From the IMG/VR virus record IMGVR_UViG_3300000116_000009: a DNA stretch of 60,622 nucleotides; one strand, 5' to 3'. The translations under genes and the position numbers were made by a program. The notes below the pieces were generated by a model. That model searched no databases. It was given only the letters and a program-made list of their open reading frames with translations, and was not told the origin of the DNA. This stretch comes from an uncultured virus (IMG/VR IMGVR_UViG_3300000116_000009). Lineage: Duplodnaviria > Heunggongvirae > Uroviricota > Caudoviricetes. This document shows positions 1-9,829 of this stretch, piece after piece (position 1 is the stretch's first letter; every line of letters starts with the position of its first letter).

Positions 1-114
1 GGAAGTTCAGCTTATATTCCCTTAGGATTAAATACAAGGTATTATTTTATTGGTACTACTGGATATCTTTTTAATAGAGGAAGAATAACTGGTACAATAA
101 ATCCATGTCCATAA
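1..114 (+). CDS. 3' end of an upstream gene (partial), probably virion-associated
   Basis: Frame 1 is open: GSSAYIPLGLNTRYYFIGTTGYLFNRGRITGTINPCP-TAA(112-114). Confidence 0.5.
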   Translation, partial: GSSAYIPLGLNTRYYFIGTTGYLFNRGRITGTINPCP

Positions 115-139
115 TTTATAAAAAAATAAACAAATTAAT

Positions 140-439
140 ATGGCATTAGCACCAGACATAAATTTATTAACTTTTAAAAATTCATATACTATATATGAAA
201 ATGAAGTTATATGTACTATAAGTGATGGGGAATTTAATATGTCTCAAAACCCAACTATTACTACAGATACATCAGGATCTTTAAGAGATTTTGCAACAGG
301 TTCTAGTTTTAACCCTTATGCAACAGCTATTGGTTTGTATAATGATGCCAATGAGTTGTTATTAGTAGCCAAATTAGGCCAACCAACCCCAATATCAGAT
401 AACACTGATACAACGTTCGTTATTAGATACGATCAATAA
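140..439 (+). CDS. Putative virion (baseplate/tail-collar-like) protein
   Basis: TAIGLYNDANELLLVAKL..P motif resembles phage tail-collar/baseplate domains; contains SGS/TGS motifs like the other virion proteins here. Confidence 0.5.
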   Translation: MALAPDINLLTFKNSYTIYENEVICTISDGEFNMSQNPTITTDTSGSLRDFATGSSFNPYATAIGLYNDANELLLVAKLGQPTPISDNTDTTFVIRYDQ

Positions 440-449
440 AAAATACAAT

Positions 450-920
450 ATGTGGTTATATAAAAATAAAGTTATAGAGAGCATCGAACAGATGCCACAA
501 AATACATTTGGATTTGTTTATGAAGCTACGTATATTTCCACTCACGAAAAATATTTAGGTAAAAAAGTATTATATTTTGAAAGAAATAAAAAACTTGGAA
601 AAAAAGCATTAGATAATCTTCGATTAGAAAGAAAATCTAAAGGTATGGGAGGAAGAACCCCCCTTAAACAAAAAGTAGTAACAGAATCTGATTGGAAAAC
701 TTATTATGGTTCACATTCTAAAATAAAACAATTACTATCAGAAGGTAAACATGAATTAATTGTAAGAGAAATATTAGAATTTGCATTTGATAAAAAACAC
801 CTTACATACCTTGAAACTAAATATCAATTTTGTAATAATGTTTTAGAAAATACAGAATATATTAACGATAATATTTTAGGAAAATTCTTTAGAAAAGACT
901 TGGTTAACCCAAATCATTAG
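450..920 (+). CDS. GIY-YIG-like (Seg-type) endonuclease
   Basis: GFVY...KYLGKK, YYGS, REIL, conserved E and Y.N motifs. Confidence 0.6.
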   Translation: MWLYKNKVIESIEQMPQNTFGFVYEATYISTHEKYLGKKVLYFERNKKLGKKALDNLRLERKSKGMGGRTPLKQKVVTESDWKTYYGSHSKIKQLLSEGKHELIVREILEFAFDKKHLTYLETKYQFCNNVLENTEYINDNILGKFFRKDLVNPNH

Positions 921-930
921 CGTATATTTA
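900..930 (+). promoter_or_regulatory. Bipartite early/middle promoter (TTGG-N17-CGTATATTTA)
   Basis: One of 8 copies with near-fixed spacing; resembles the Bacteroidota -33/-7 promoter. Confidence 0.6.
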
Positions 931-945
931 CGCCTAAAATAGGTT

Positions 946-1137
946 ATGGCTAGGAAAAAAATTAAAATTGGAGACAAAGTAAAATACGATTTTATTATAT
1001 CTAAGGGTATAGGTGAATTAGTAAATATAGAAACAATAGCATATGGAACTGTATCTACTACTTGGTATTCAGTAAAAGGTGAAGATGGTACATTTTATCC
1101 TTGCCGAAAAGAAGCACTAACATTAATTGATGGTTAA
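946..1137 (+). CDS. Small hypothetical protein (SH3/KOW-like pattern)
   Basis: KIGDKV...G...WYSV.....YPC pattern; follows a promoter motif. Confidence 0.55.
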   Translation: MARKKIKIGDKVKYDFIISKGIGELVNIETIAYGTVSTTWYSVKGEDGTFYPCRKEALTLIDG

Positions 1138-2059
1138 TCAAGTATTACTTGGATTAGTTCAATCCGTTTTAGGTAAAGGTAGTCCAACTGCTAGAGGAAA
1201 TCATTCTTTTACTTGTGCTTTTTGCAATCATAAAACTCCAAAATTAGAAGTAAATTTAGTTCCAAATAAAAAGAACGAAAATTTATGGCATTGTTGGGTT
1301 TGTGATGCTAAAGGTAAAACTTTATTTAGTATGTTTAAACGTTTAAAGGTATCTCCTGAAAAACGTTCTCAATTAGTAGACATATTAGGAACAACTGATA
1401 AGTATGATACTATAGTAGCTTCTACAAATGTAGATCTGCCAAAAGAATACAAGTTACTGCATAGTATATCGAAGTCTGATATAGTCGCTAGACATGCTAT
1501 AGCATACCTTAAAAAACGTGGTTTAACCATGATTGATGTACTTAAATACCAAATTGGGTATTGTGAAACAGGTAGATATGCTAATAAAGTTATCATACCT
1601 ACTTATAATGATGATGGGAAATTAGATTATTTTGTAGCGCGTTCATTTGAAAAAGAACCCCATAGAAAATATGATGCCCCTTCTTCGGATAAAAACATAA
1701 TAGGTTTTGAAAATATGATAAATTGGAATATTCCTGTTGTGTTATGTGAGGGTGCTTTTGATGCTATTGCTATTAAAAGAAATGCTATCCCCTTATTTGG
1801 TAAAAATATTTCAAGAAAATTAATGCAAAAACTAGTCATATCAGACATTAAAAAAGTTTACTTAGCTTTAGACAGTGACGCTATAAAAGCAACTTATAAA
1901 ATAGCGGAACAATTATTAAAAGCAGGTAAAAAATTATTTGTAATAGAATTAGACAATAAAGATCCAGCTGATATGGGATTTTCTTTATTTACAAATAAGA
2001 TACAAGAAGCGGAAGAATTTAATTTTTCTTCACTCTTTAATTTAAAATTATCTTTATGA
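1127..2059 (+). CDS. DNA primase (Zn finger + TOPRIM; T4 gp61-like)
   Basis: CAFC..H / WHCWVC zinc motifs, YLKKRG, CEGAFDA and LDSDA TOPRIM motifs, KDPAD. Confidence 0.9.
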   Translation: MMVNQVLLGLVQSVLGKGSPTARGNHSFTCAFCNHKTPKLEVNLVPNKKNENLWHCWVCDAKGKTLFSMFKRLKVSPEKRSQLVDILGTTDKYDTIVASTNVDLPKEYKLLHSISKSDIVARHAIAYLKKRGLTMIDVLKYQIGYCETGRYANKVIIPTYNDDGKLDYFVARSFEKEPHRKYDAPSSDKNIIGFENMINWNIPVVLCEGAFDAIAIKRNAIPLFGKNISRKLMQKLVISDIKKVYLALDSDAIKATYKIAEQLLKAGKKLFVIELDNKDPADMGFSLFTNKIQEAEEFNFSSLFNLKLSL

Positions 2060-2814
2060 TATTAAAAAAAGCTATATTCCCCAAACAGGAATATAACCGT
2101 GATTTTACACAGATCACTACTAATGATTCTCGTTTTTATGAAAACGGAAAAATTTCTTACCCTTCAATAACATATGTTTTATCTTATTATCCCAAAGGTA
2201 AACATTTTGAAGATTGGTTAAAAAAAGTAGGATATGCATCAGATTTTATTGCTAGAAAAGCAGCAGATGAAGGATCTATAGTTCACAATCTAGCGGAACA
2301 GTATTTGTTAGGTGAGGAAATAAAATTAATGGATAAAGGTAATCCTAAGTATGATCTTAAAGTTTGGAAGATGTTTTTACGTTTTGTAGATTTTTGGGAA
2401 ACTAGTGGAGCTGAATTATTAGAAACTGAAGTTTTCTTATATAGTGATACTTTAAAAATAGCAGGAACTTGTGATTTAGTTTGTAGAATTGATGGTAAAC
2501 TTTGGGTTATTGATCTAAAAACCTCTAATAATCTTCAAACTACATATGATTTACAATCAGCGGCTTATGCACGTTGTTTTGAAGAGTGTTATGATGAAAA
2601 GGTAGATAACGTAGGTATTTTATGGTTAAAGTCATCAAAAAGAATGCCAAAAGATGGAAAAATTCAAGGTAAAGGATGGGAATTATATGAATCTAAACGT
2701 ACTATGGACGAAAATTTAGAGATATTTTCTCATGTAAGAGCCCTGTTTGACTTAGAAAATCCAGTATTAAAACCTATTTCAGAAAAATGGCCCACATCAG
2801 CACGTAAATCCTAG
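2056..2814 (+). CDS. PD-(D/E)xK exonuclease
   Basis: YPSIT, G..VH, AGTCD...IDLKTS, Q.AAY motifs. Confidence 0.85.
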   Translation: MILKKAIFPKQEYNRDFTQITTNDSRFYENGKISYPSITYVLSYYPKGKHFEDWLKKVGYASDFIARKAADEGSIVHNLAEQYLLGEEIKLMDKGNPKYDLKVWKMFLRFVDFWETSGAELLETEVFLYSDTLKIAGTCDLVCRIDGKLWVIDLKTSNNLQTTYDLQSAAYARCFEECYDEKVDNVGILWLKSSKRMPKDGKIQGKGWELYESKRTMDENLEIFSHVRALFDLENPVLKPISEKWPTSARKS

Positions 2815-2844
2815 GCCTCCTCACTTACTTTTCGTATATTTATA
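2812..2844 (+). promoter_or_regulatory. Bipartite promoter (TAGG-N17-CGTATATTTA) overlapping an ATATTTAT motif
   Basis: Same spacing as the other copies; upstream of the GTG at 2860. Confidence 0.55.
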
Positions 2845-2859
2845 TGTAAAGTAAATTCT

Positions 2860-3660
2860 GTGATAAAATTAAGAAACATAATCCTAGAGCAATCAACAAA
2901 TCCTAAAGCTCTAATATTAGCAGGTTCTCCAGGTGCTGGTAAATCTTCCTTTATTGAAGGTGTAAAGGATGCTTTAATCTTAAATGTTGATGATTATTTT
3001 ATGCGTAATTTAAAAGATGCAGAAGTATCTTTAGATTTAAAAAATGCTAGTGCACAGGATAGAAGTGATGCTGCAAAGGCAATGGCAGCCGCTAATAAAG
3101 AATTTAAAAATTTTACTAAAGAAATAATTTTAGGTAAAAAGAATTTCATACTGGATGGTACTGCTGCATCAACTAAACAAACATTAGAACTAAAAGATCA
3201 ATTAGATAAGTTAGGATATGATGTTTTAATGGTATATGTGTTTGCTTCATTAGAAAAAGCATTAGATAGAAATGAAACACGATTTGAACGTAGCAAAGGT
3301 AAAGACAGAAGTTTAGCACCCGCTATCGTAATGCGTACATGGAATTCAGTTACACAAAACTTTGATACTTATCAAAAAGCATTTGGGAATAATTTTATTA
3401 GTGTAGTAAATGATAAAGCGCTCGAAAAAGGAGAATCGCAATCATCATTAGAAGATCTAATTAAAAAATATATCGATCCATACAAACCAACTAATACTAA
3501 GCCTAAAACAGATAAAGAAAAAGAAAGATCCGCTAAATCACGAGAAGAATTAAACCAACAAATTAAATCATTTTCTGATTCAAATAAAATAGAAGATATA
3601 AAATCAAGTTCTGTTTCTAAACAAGACGCTAAACAAGAAGTAAAACAATTTTTTTCATGA
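2860..3660 (+). CDS. Zeta-toxin/AAA_33-like P-loop kinase
   Basis: LAGSPGAGKS Walker A, NVDD, ILDGT, RN..R lid; N-terminal MIKLRNIILE leader. Confidence 0.75.
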   Translation: MIKLRNIILEQSTNPKALILAGSPGAGKSSFIEGVKDALILNVDDYFMRNLKDAEVSLDLKNASAQDRSDAAKAMAAANKEFKNFTKEIILGKKNFILDGTAASTKQTLELKDQLDKLGYDVLMVYVFASLEKALDRNETRFERSKGKDRSLAPAIVMRTWNSVTQNFDTYQKAFGNNFISVVNDKALEKGESQSSLEDLIKKYIDPYKPTNTKPKTDKEKERSAKSREELNQQIKSFSDSNKIEDIKSSSVSKQDAKQEVKQFFS

Positions 3661-4835
3661 ACGCAGAAAAAATAGGAAGAGATATTGCTAAAAGAATACT
3701 ATTTGAAGAATTTACTGAAAAAGTAGTTCTTTACCCTGGTGCTTTTAAACCTCCTCATCGTGGTCATGTTGCAACTATTCTTGGTTCAAATGATGAATCT
3801 GTAGACAAATATATTGTGTTTGTTTCTACAAAATCTAGAGAAGATGTTGATATAGAAGAATCTATTAAAACTTGGAATTTATACAAACAAACCATACCTG
3901 GTATGGAAAATGTAGAATTTGTTCCTACTTCAACACCAGTTAAAGCTGTATATGATTATGTTAAAGATAATTCTACACATGATATAAGAGCAGTGTATGG
4001 TAAAGGTGAAGGTGATCGCTTTAATAGATTATTAGATCCCGAAAAATATCCAAACGTTGAAATATATGATGCTGGTACAGAAGGTGACTATTCAGCTAGA
4101 AATTTAAGACAAGCAATACGTGATAAAGATATAAATAAAATACAAACTTTTATCCCTGCAGAAGTAAATCCAGATTCATTTTTAAATATATTTTCTATCC
4201 CAGAAAATAAAGTAAGTGAAGCAATATATCCTAGATATAGTGCCAAACAAGTTCAAAGAACTAGATATCAGGCCTCTGATGTTTATACTAATGATCCTAA
4301 TGAAATAATTGGAGAAGAACAAAAAATCCATTGTAAAAATTGTGATTGGAATTGGAAAGTAGCAGATGGTGGGGATGACTTATATATGTGTCATAAATGT
4401 GGATACGATAATACACCACGTAAATCTGAAAACAAATATTTACAAGAAGCTAGATATAAAAGTTTTTTAAATGAAAGTTGGGATAATAATAAAGCCTATA
4501 CTATTAATCATTTTACTGATTATGCTACAAATTACTTATCTATTGATAGACCAAGTATCAAATTAATCACAGACCCTCAGTATACTCAACAAAATCATAG
4601 TTTTGGGGGTTATATGCCTTCTAATAATAATATTTCAGTTGTTGTACATAATAGAAATATGGCAGATATTTTACGTACATTAGCACATGAATTAGTTCAC
4701 CACATGCAAAACCTAGATGATAGGTTAGAAGACAATTCTGGTGAAGATGGTTCACCTGAAGAAAATGAAGCTAATTCTTTAGCAGCGGTTATAATGAGAC
4801 AATATGGTAGAGATAATACTAACATATATGAATAA
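3657..4835 (+). CDS. Multidomain protein: HIGH-family nucleotidyltransferase + Zn ribbon + zincin metallopeptidase
   Basis: PGAFKPPHRGH and SARNLR; CKNC..CHKC; RTLAHELVH...ENEAN. Confidence 0.8.
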   Translation: MNAEKIGRDIAKRILFEEFTEKVVLYPGAFKPPHRGHVATILGSNDESVDKYIVFVSTKSREDVDIEESIKTWNLYKQTIPGMENVEFVPTSTPVKAVYDYVKDNSTHDIRAVYGKGEGDRFNRLLDPEKYPNVEIYDAGTEGDYSARNLRQAIRDKDINKIQTFIPAEVNPDSFLNIFSIPENKVSEAIYPRYSAKQVQRTRYQASDVYTNDPNEIIGEEQKIHCKNCDWNWKVADGGDDLYMCHKCGYDNTPRKSENKYLQEARYKSFLNESWDNNKAYTINHFTDYATNYLSIDRPSIKLITDPQYTQQNHSFGGYMPSNNNISVVVHNRNMADILRTLAHELVHHMQNLDDRLEDNSGEDGSPEENEANSLAAVIMRQYGRDNTNIYE

Positions 4836-5370
4836 TATTAAGGGTAATCTGATGGATCTTTTAAAAGAAGATATTGAGGATGCATATACGGTATATGTTG
4901 ATATGGATGGGGTTTTAACAGATTTTGAAAGACGTTTTGAACAATTTGCAGGTGTAACACCTGAAGAATTTATTGCCCAAAAAACTATAGAATATGGTGC
5001 GAAAAAGGCACAAGAAGAATTTTGGGATTTAATTGATAAACAAATAGGAGTTAGATTTTGGGTTGGTATGCCATGGATGCCTGAAGGTGAAAACCTATGG
5101 AAATATGTTAAACCTTTTAAACCAACTATATTATCATCTCCTTCTAGAGATGAATCATCTCGTATAGGAAAAGGATTATGGGTTAAAAGAAATATCCCTG
5201 GTACACCATTAAAATTATCTTTTAATAAAGAACAATATGCTACACCAACTAGTATATTAATAGACGATAGAGAAAGTAACATACAAAAATGGAAATCAGC
5301 TGGTGGGATAGGTATTAGATTTATATCAACCAACCAAGTTATAAATGAGTTATCAAAATTAGGTTTATGA
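4828..5370 (+). CDS. HAD-family 5'(3')-deoxyribonucleotidase-like phosphatase
   Basis: VDMDGVLTDF, ILSSP, LIDDR motifs; ATG 4828 preferred over 4804. Confidence 0.85.
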   Translation: MNNIKGNLMDLLKEDIEDAYTVYVDMDGVLTDFERRFEQFAGVTPEEFIAQKTIEYGAKKAQEEFWDLIDKQIGVRFWVGMPWMPEGENLWKYVKPFKPTILSSPSRDESSRIGKGLWVKRNIPGTPLKLSFNKEQYATPTSILIDDRESNIQKWKSAGGIGIRFISTNQVINELSKLGL

Positions 5371-5945
5371 GCACACAATTAAAAAAGGAATTTTCACCCG
5401 AAGACTTACAAAGAGCTAGAAATATTATTACTGGTCAAACTGGTAATCGTACTAAAGTTGCGGCGGGATATGAAAAGAAAAAATTAAATTATGGTGAGGG
5501 TGATACATGGGAAGAAAACGGTAAAACATGGACTATACTTAATGGTCTAAAACAAACCATCACCAAACACGATAAAATAAGAGAATTGGTTAAAATGCCC
5601 TTAGTTTGCCCTAATTGTAAAAAATCAATGAAAGCTAGTAAGCTAAATAAACAAATGTGGGTTATACATAAACAATGTTTTAAATGTCAAGTAGATTTTG
5701 AAACAACTTTAAGAGTAGATGGAGGTGATAAATTTTATAAATATTCTCGTTCATTAATGAATCAAAATAAAGATACATACTTGGATGATGTTGAACAATC
5801 CGTTGATGCTTGGATAAATGAATCGGGGGATACTTTTATTTCTGAAGATGGAGATATGGAAAACTGGATTGGGGGGAGTATAGATCCTAAATTAATTAAA
5901 AAAATTAAACTAGAAATTAAAAAAGCAAAAGAAACTACGTTATAA
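5367..5945 (+). CDS. Hypothetical protein with Zn-binding motifs
   Basis: CPNC...CFKC. Confidence 0.65.
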   Translation: MSTQLKKEFSPEDLQRARNIITGQTGNRTKVAAGYEKKKLNYGEGDTWEENGKTWTILNGLKQTITKHDKIRELVKMPLVCPNCKKSMKASKLNKQMWVIHKQCFKCQVDFETTLRVDGGDKFYKYSRSLMNQNKDTYLDDVEQSVDAWINESGDTFISEDGDMENWIGGSIDPKLIKKIKLEIKKAKETTL

Positions 5946-5982
5946 TATCTTTATATATTTATAATGGACTAATTTACATAAC

Positions 5983-6624
5983 ATGAAACGCACAGACTTA
6001 AAAAAATTAATAAAAGAAGATATATCATCTTGGCTACAAGAAAGATCTAAGGAAGAACCTAAAAGTGAAGATGTATCTAAAACTGAAGAAAAACTCCCAA
6101 CATTAGAAGATCAAATTGGAGAAATGTATTACGTTTCCAAACCTTCTAAAAAATCAACAATGGAAGAATTAGTTGGTAAAGGTGATGTATTTGAATTTGT
6201 TGCAAGAGGAATACAACGTGAAGCTGTTTACGGAGTATATAAATCTGAAAATAAAGCAAAAACTGTTGCTAAAAAACTCATTAAAGAAAGGGATGTTCAA
6301 TTAAAAGAAACTTATAAAAAGGGTCAAGCTAAATTAAAAGAACTAGAAGGTCAAATTGACGAAATTAAAGGTCAAATTGAATCTAATATGTCAGAAGCTG
6401 TTTCTAACCCAGATATGAGAGAATCTTTAAGCACTGAATCTAATAGCTTATATGAAAAACTATCTCAAGTTGAAGGTATGATTGATAGATTACGTGAAAC
6501 TTTAGAAAAAGAAGGTTTAAAATACGAAAAAAAAGGTAAAGATTTAGATGGTGATGGTGATGTTGATTCTGATGATTATTTAGCCGCTAAAGATAAAGCA
6601 ATAAAGGCAAATAAAAAGAAATAA
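5983..6624 (+). CDS. Putative internal head protein, coiled coil with DxDxDG Ca-binding loop
   Basis: MKRTDLKKLIKE leader; DLDGDGDVDSDDY near the C-terminus. Confidence 0.6.
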   Translation: MKRTDLKKLIKEDISSWLQERSKEEPKSEDVSKTEEKLPTLEDQIGEMYYVSKPSKKSTMEELVGKGDVFEFVARGIQREAVYGVYKSENKAKTVAKKLIKERDVQLKETYKKGQAKLKELEGQIDEIKGQIESNMSEAVSNPDMRESLSTESNSLYEKLSQVEGMIDRLRETLEKEGLKYEKKGKDLDGDGDVDSDDYLAAKDKAIKANKKK

Positions 6625-6633
6625 AAAGATATC

Positions 6634-7596
6634 ATGGACATACTAAAGCTCCGATATTTAATTAGAGAGGCTATAGAAAACATTGCTAATATATCAAGTA
6701 AGTTTTCTGTAGGAGATGTAGTAACTACTAAAGATAGAGATAAAGCTACAGTTACAATGGCGGAACATCCATTTTACACTGTAGAATTAGAATCTACTGG
6801 TACTACTAAATCATTTAGCTTTACTGAATTAGCCCCATACGAAGAAAAAATCATAGCAAAAACATCAGAAGGTATTTCTCTAAAAGAAGGAGTAAATGCT
6901 TCTCCTGGTTTATTATTTCATCAAACACACAAAATTAGTCTTTCAGAATGTGTTTTTAGAATTGGTTCAAATGCTTATGTTGATTTTTTTACTGAAGCAA
7001 GAAAATTATTTAATGAAGGCGTATTAAATATAAGTGAAGGAGATAAATATTGGATAAATAATACTGATATTGGAAAATATGGTGATCTTGATGGTAAACC
7101 AGTCCCTCTAGATATTCCTTTTGTTAATGAAAGAGAAGATGCTCTAGGTATCTACAATGACAATAAAGGAAATTCAGCTACTATTAATAGAGCACGTGTT
7201 GGATTTATAGCTGATATAGATGGTGAATACGATTTTCAAATCGGTCCTGCAGCTACAATGAAAGAACTAATCAAAATGTTAGCTGATGAAGGGTTTACAC
7301 AAAAAATATTTGAAGCTCAATTTAAGGGTAAAGATGTTTCATTAAATAAACCAAAACGTGGTGGTTCAAAAGCCTATTATGTTTACGTTAAAAACGGAGA
7401 TAAGGTTAAAAAAGTATCATTTGGTTCTGGAGGATTAAGAGCAAAAATTAATAACCCTAAGGCACGTAAAGCATTTGCTGCACGTCATAACTGTAAAAAT
7501 AAAAAAGATAGAACCACAGCTGGTTACTGGTCTTGTAATTTACCACGTTATGCAAAAGCATTAGGTTTAGGAGCGAACAAAAACACATTTTGGTAG
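6634..7596 (+). CDS. Putative head-packaged polyprotein with basic C-terminal domain
   Basis: LIRE leader; internal LKE/VNE/IFE junctions; KKVSFG..ARKAFAARHNC..AGYWSC domain seen in many large phages. Confidence 0.6.
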   Translation: MDILKLRYLIREAIENIANISSKFSVGDVVTTKDRDKATVTMAEHPFYTVELESTGTTKSFSFTELAPYEEKIIAKTSEGISLKEGVNASPGLLFHQTHKISLSECVFRIGSNAYVDFFTEARKLFNEGVLNISEGDKYWINNTDIGKYGDLDGKPVPLDIPFVNEREDALGIYNDNKGNSATINRARVGFIADIDGEYDFQIGPAATMKELIKMLADEGFTQKIFEAQFKGKDVSLNKPKRGGSKAYYVYVKNGDKVKKVSFGSGGLRAKINNPKARKAFAARHNCKNKKDRTTAGYWSCNLPRYAKALGLGANKNTFW

Positions 7597-7597
7597 A

Positions 7598-7852
7598 ATG
7601 GCAGCTTACACAGATTATACTTTTGAAGACAATCATGTAAGACATTTTCCAGAAAACATTGATAGTAAGGAGTTAGTATGGCATCGAGATAGGAAAGATA
7701 GAAATATAACACCTATTGAAGAAACTGATTGGCAAATTCAATTCGATAATGAGTTGCCTAAGCCAATAAAAGGTCGTATATTCATACGCGAAGGCCAATG
7801 GCATAGAGTAATAAAGGGTAGTGGTTGTCTAAAAATTTTAATAAATGAATAA
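7598..7852 (+). CDS. Small cupin-like protein
   Basis: LVWHRD...WQIQFD...WHRVIKG. Confidence 0.6.
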   Translation: MAAYTDYTFEDNHVRHFPENIDSKELVWHRDRKDRNITPIEETDWQIQFDNELPKPIKGRIFIREGQWHRVIKGSGCLKILINE

Positions 7853-9293
7853 AATGAAAGTATCACAACTTACAAATTTAATAAAGGAAGCATTAGATAG
7901 CGCACCAGTGGATGGTACAAGATCTGGTAATATAGAAAGTTTAAAAAATAGTAAGTACACACTGACAAGTGATGTTAAAGGAGCTCGTATCGGAGACCGT
8001 ATAGTAACATTACCTACAGGAACAGTACTTTATAATAAACCCGGTGGGTTATTTGCTGATATTGAAGGTAAAATGTTAATGGTTAAACAAGAACCAAAAA
8101 CCTTACAATCTATTGAAGACAATTCAGGTAGTTTAGATGAAATCGATAATAGTGATTTAGCTATGAAAGTTAGAGCAGCTAAAATTAGAGCTGCCCAAGC
8201 CAAAAATCCAGACACTAAATTTGCTGTTGGAAGAGAAAATAATCTCCAAAGAGATGCTAAAATAAAAGACTTAAATGTTAGAAGAGCTCAAGTAATGAGA
8301 GATATGGAACAGGAAGCTGAACCAGAAGGAGGACCAATAGCAGACAAATATGGATCTGAATTAAATCAAATCGATCAAGCAATTAGAAAACTTAAAGGAA
8401 TTAAGAATGAAAATTATGATGATAGAAATTTAGAAGAAGATAATGATAAAATGCCCTCTTATAAAGATCCTAACCCCGCACATTCTATGATAAGAGCAAG
8501 AAATATGGCTCTTACTTCTGCTGAGGAGGATGATGATGTAAAAGAAGCACAAGATTCCAATAATAAAGGATATATAGTAGCAAGAGATCTTATTGCTAAA
8601 TTAAGAGCCACTACATTTAGAAAATTTAACGACGATGAGTTAGAAGAATTCAGAAAAACAATAGCTTATGCTTTTGATATGTCATTAAAAGAAGAATGGA
8701 GTAAAGGAAGACAAGCACAACTTGGATTAGGTCCACAATCTGGGATTTTTACTAAAGGGCAAAATGTTAATGATCCAATTAATCTATCCGAAACTAAAGA
8801 AGATTTAGAAAGAATAGCTCAATCTCTTGAATCACAATTTGATGATTTAAAATTTAATGTAAGTGGTCAATTAGATAGAATTGATGTACGTGGATCACAA
8901 CAAGATATGTTTAATTTTGGTGATAAACTTCATGGTAAAAAATTCGGTGAATATGAAGTATTTGCTACAGATGATGACGATAGAGGAGAAATAGTTCGTA
9001 TTGTTAAATCTGATACAATTTCAAAAAATGAAGGTAGAAAGAAAAAAAATCCTTCAATGGGTATCGTTAGAAAAAAATTAGGCAAAGTCCCTAAAGCAAG
9101 TAAAGTTGCTTCTAAAAAGAAAATGAAATTACCTACAGGATTAGTTAGTTACATGGATTATTCTGTAAGTGAAAAAAAAGATGATCGTTGTACAAGAATA
9201 GCAAAACGTAAATATGACACATGGCCCTCAGCATATGCTAGTGGAGCTGTAGTTCGTTGTCGTAAGGGCGAAATTTGGAAAGGCTTAAAATAA
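7845..9293 (+). CDS. Putative head-packaged polyprotein
   Basis: LIKE leader; many short segments separated by LDE/LEE/VKE/LKE/LSE/VSE; ends in a C..WPSAYASG..C domain. Confidence 0.6.
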   Translation: MNKMKVSQLTNLIKEALDSAPVDGTRSGNIESLKNSKYTLTSDVKGARIGDRIVTLPTGTVLYNKPGGLFADIEGKMLMVKQEPKTLQSIEDNSGSLDEIDNSDLAMKVRAAKIRAAQAKNPDTKFAVGRENNLQRDAKIKDLNVRRAQVMRDMEQEAEPEGGPIADKYGSELNQIDQAIRKLKGIKNENYDDRNLEEDNDKMPSYKDPNPAHSMIRARNMALTSAEEDDDVKEAQDSNNKGYIVARDLIAKLRATTFRKFNDDELEEFRKTIAYAFDMSLKEEWSKGRQAQLGLGPQSGIFTKGQNVNDPINLSETKEDLERIAQSLESQFDDLKFNVSGQLDRIDVRGSQQDMFNFGDKLHGKKFGEYEVFATDDDDRGEIVRIVKSDTISKNEGRKKKNPSMGIVRKKLGKVPKASKVASKKKMKLPTGLVSYMDYSVSEKKDDRCTRIAKRKYDTWPSAYASGAVVRCRKGEIWKGLK

Positions 9294-9829
9294 TGGAAGA
9301 TAAAGAAAATAAAAATAAAGTTCCTGAAGCCGCATTAATTTTACCAAGAGGTAAAAAAGTTGTTTTACAAGCTGAAGAAAATGATTATAAAAGAGGCTTA
9401 ATTGTAGAATTAACTGAAGAAGGTGGTTATAAAATTAACTACTGGTATGGAGAAGATATTAAAATTTATCCTGCTGAAGTTGAAGTAGATGGAAAATCTA
9501 TAAAAGATGATGCTAATGAAGTATACATTAAATTCCATCCTGAGTTAGAAGAAAAAAAACGAACACTTAGTGAATCAATTAGTGAATCATTACGTGATTG
9601 GTTTAAAAAAGAAGATTGGGTAAGAATAGATTCTGCTGGTAATATAGCAGGTCCTTGTGGTACATCTAAAAATCAAAAAAACCCCGATAGATGCCTTCCA
9701 AGAAAAAAGGCACAATCATTAACACAAGCACAAAGAAAAGCAACGGCTGCTAAAAAGAAAAAAGCTGGATCTAAAGGTAAACAAGTAGTGCCTAATACTA
9801 AAAAGGCAAAAGTTAAATTAAAAAAATGA
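9293..9829 (+). CDS. Hypothetical protein with basic C-terminal domain
   Basis: LSE/ISE then SLRDWF..WV..CG..RCLP; ATG 9293 overlaps the upstream TAA. Confidence 0.6.
   Translation: MEDKENKNKVPEAALILPRGKKVVLQAEENDYKRGLIVELTEEGGYKINYWYGEDIKIYPAEVEVDGKSIKDDANEVYIKFHPELEEKKRTLSESISESLRDWFKKEDWVRIDSAGNIAGPCGTSKNQKNPDRCLPRKKAQSLTQAQRKATAAKKKKAGSKGKQVVPNTKKAKVKLKK

Noticed and set aside
2860..3660. Zeta toxin-antitoxin system
   Set aside because: No adjacent antitoxin-like gene; only the generic kinase fold is supported
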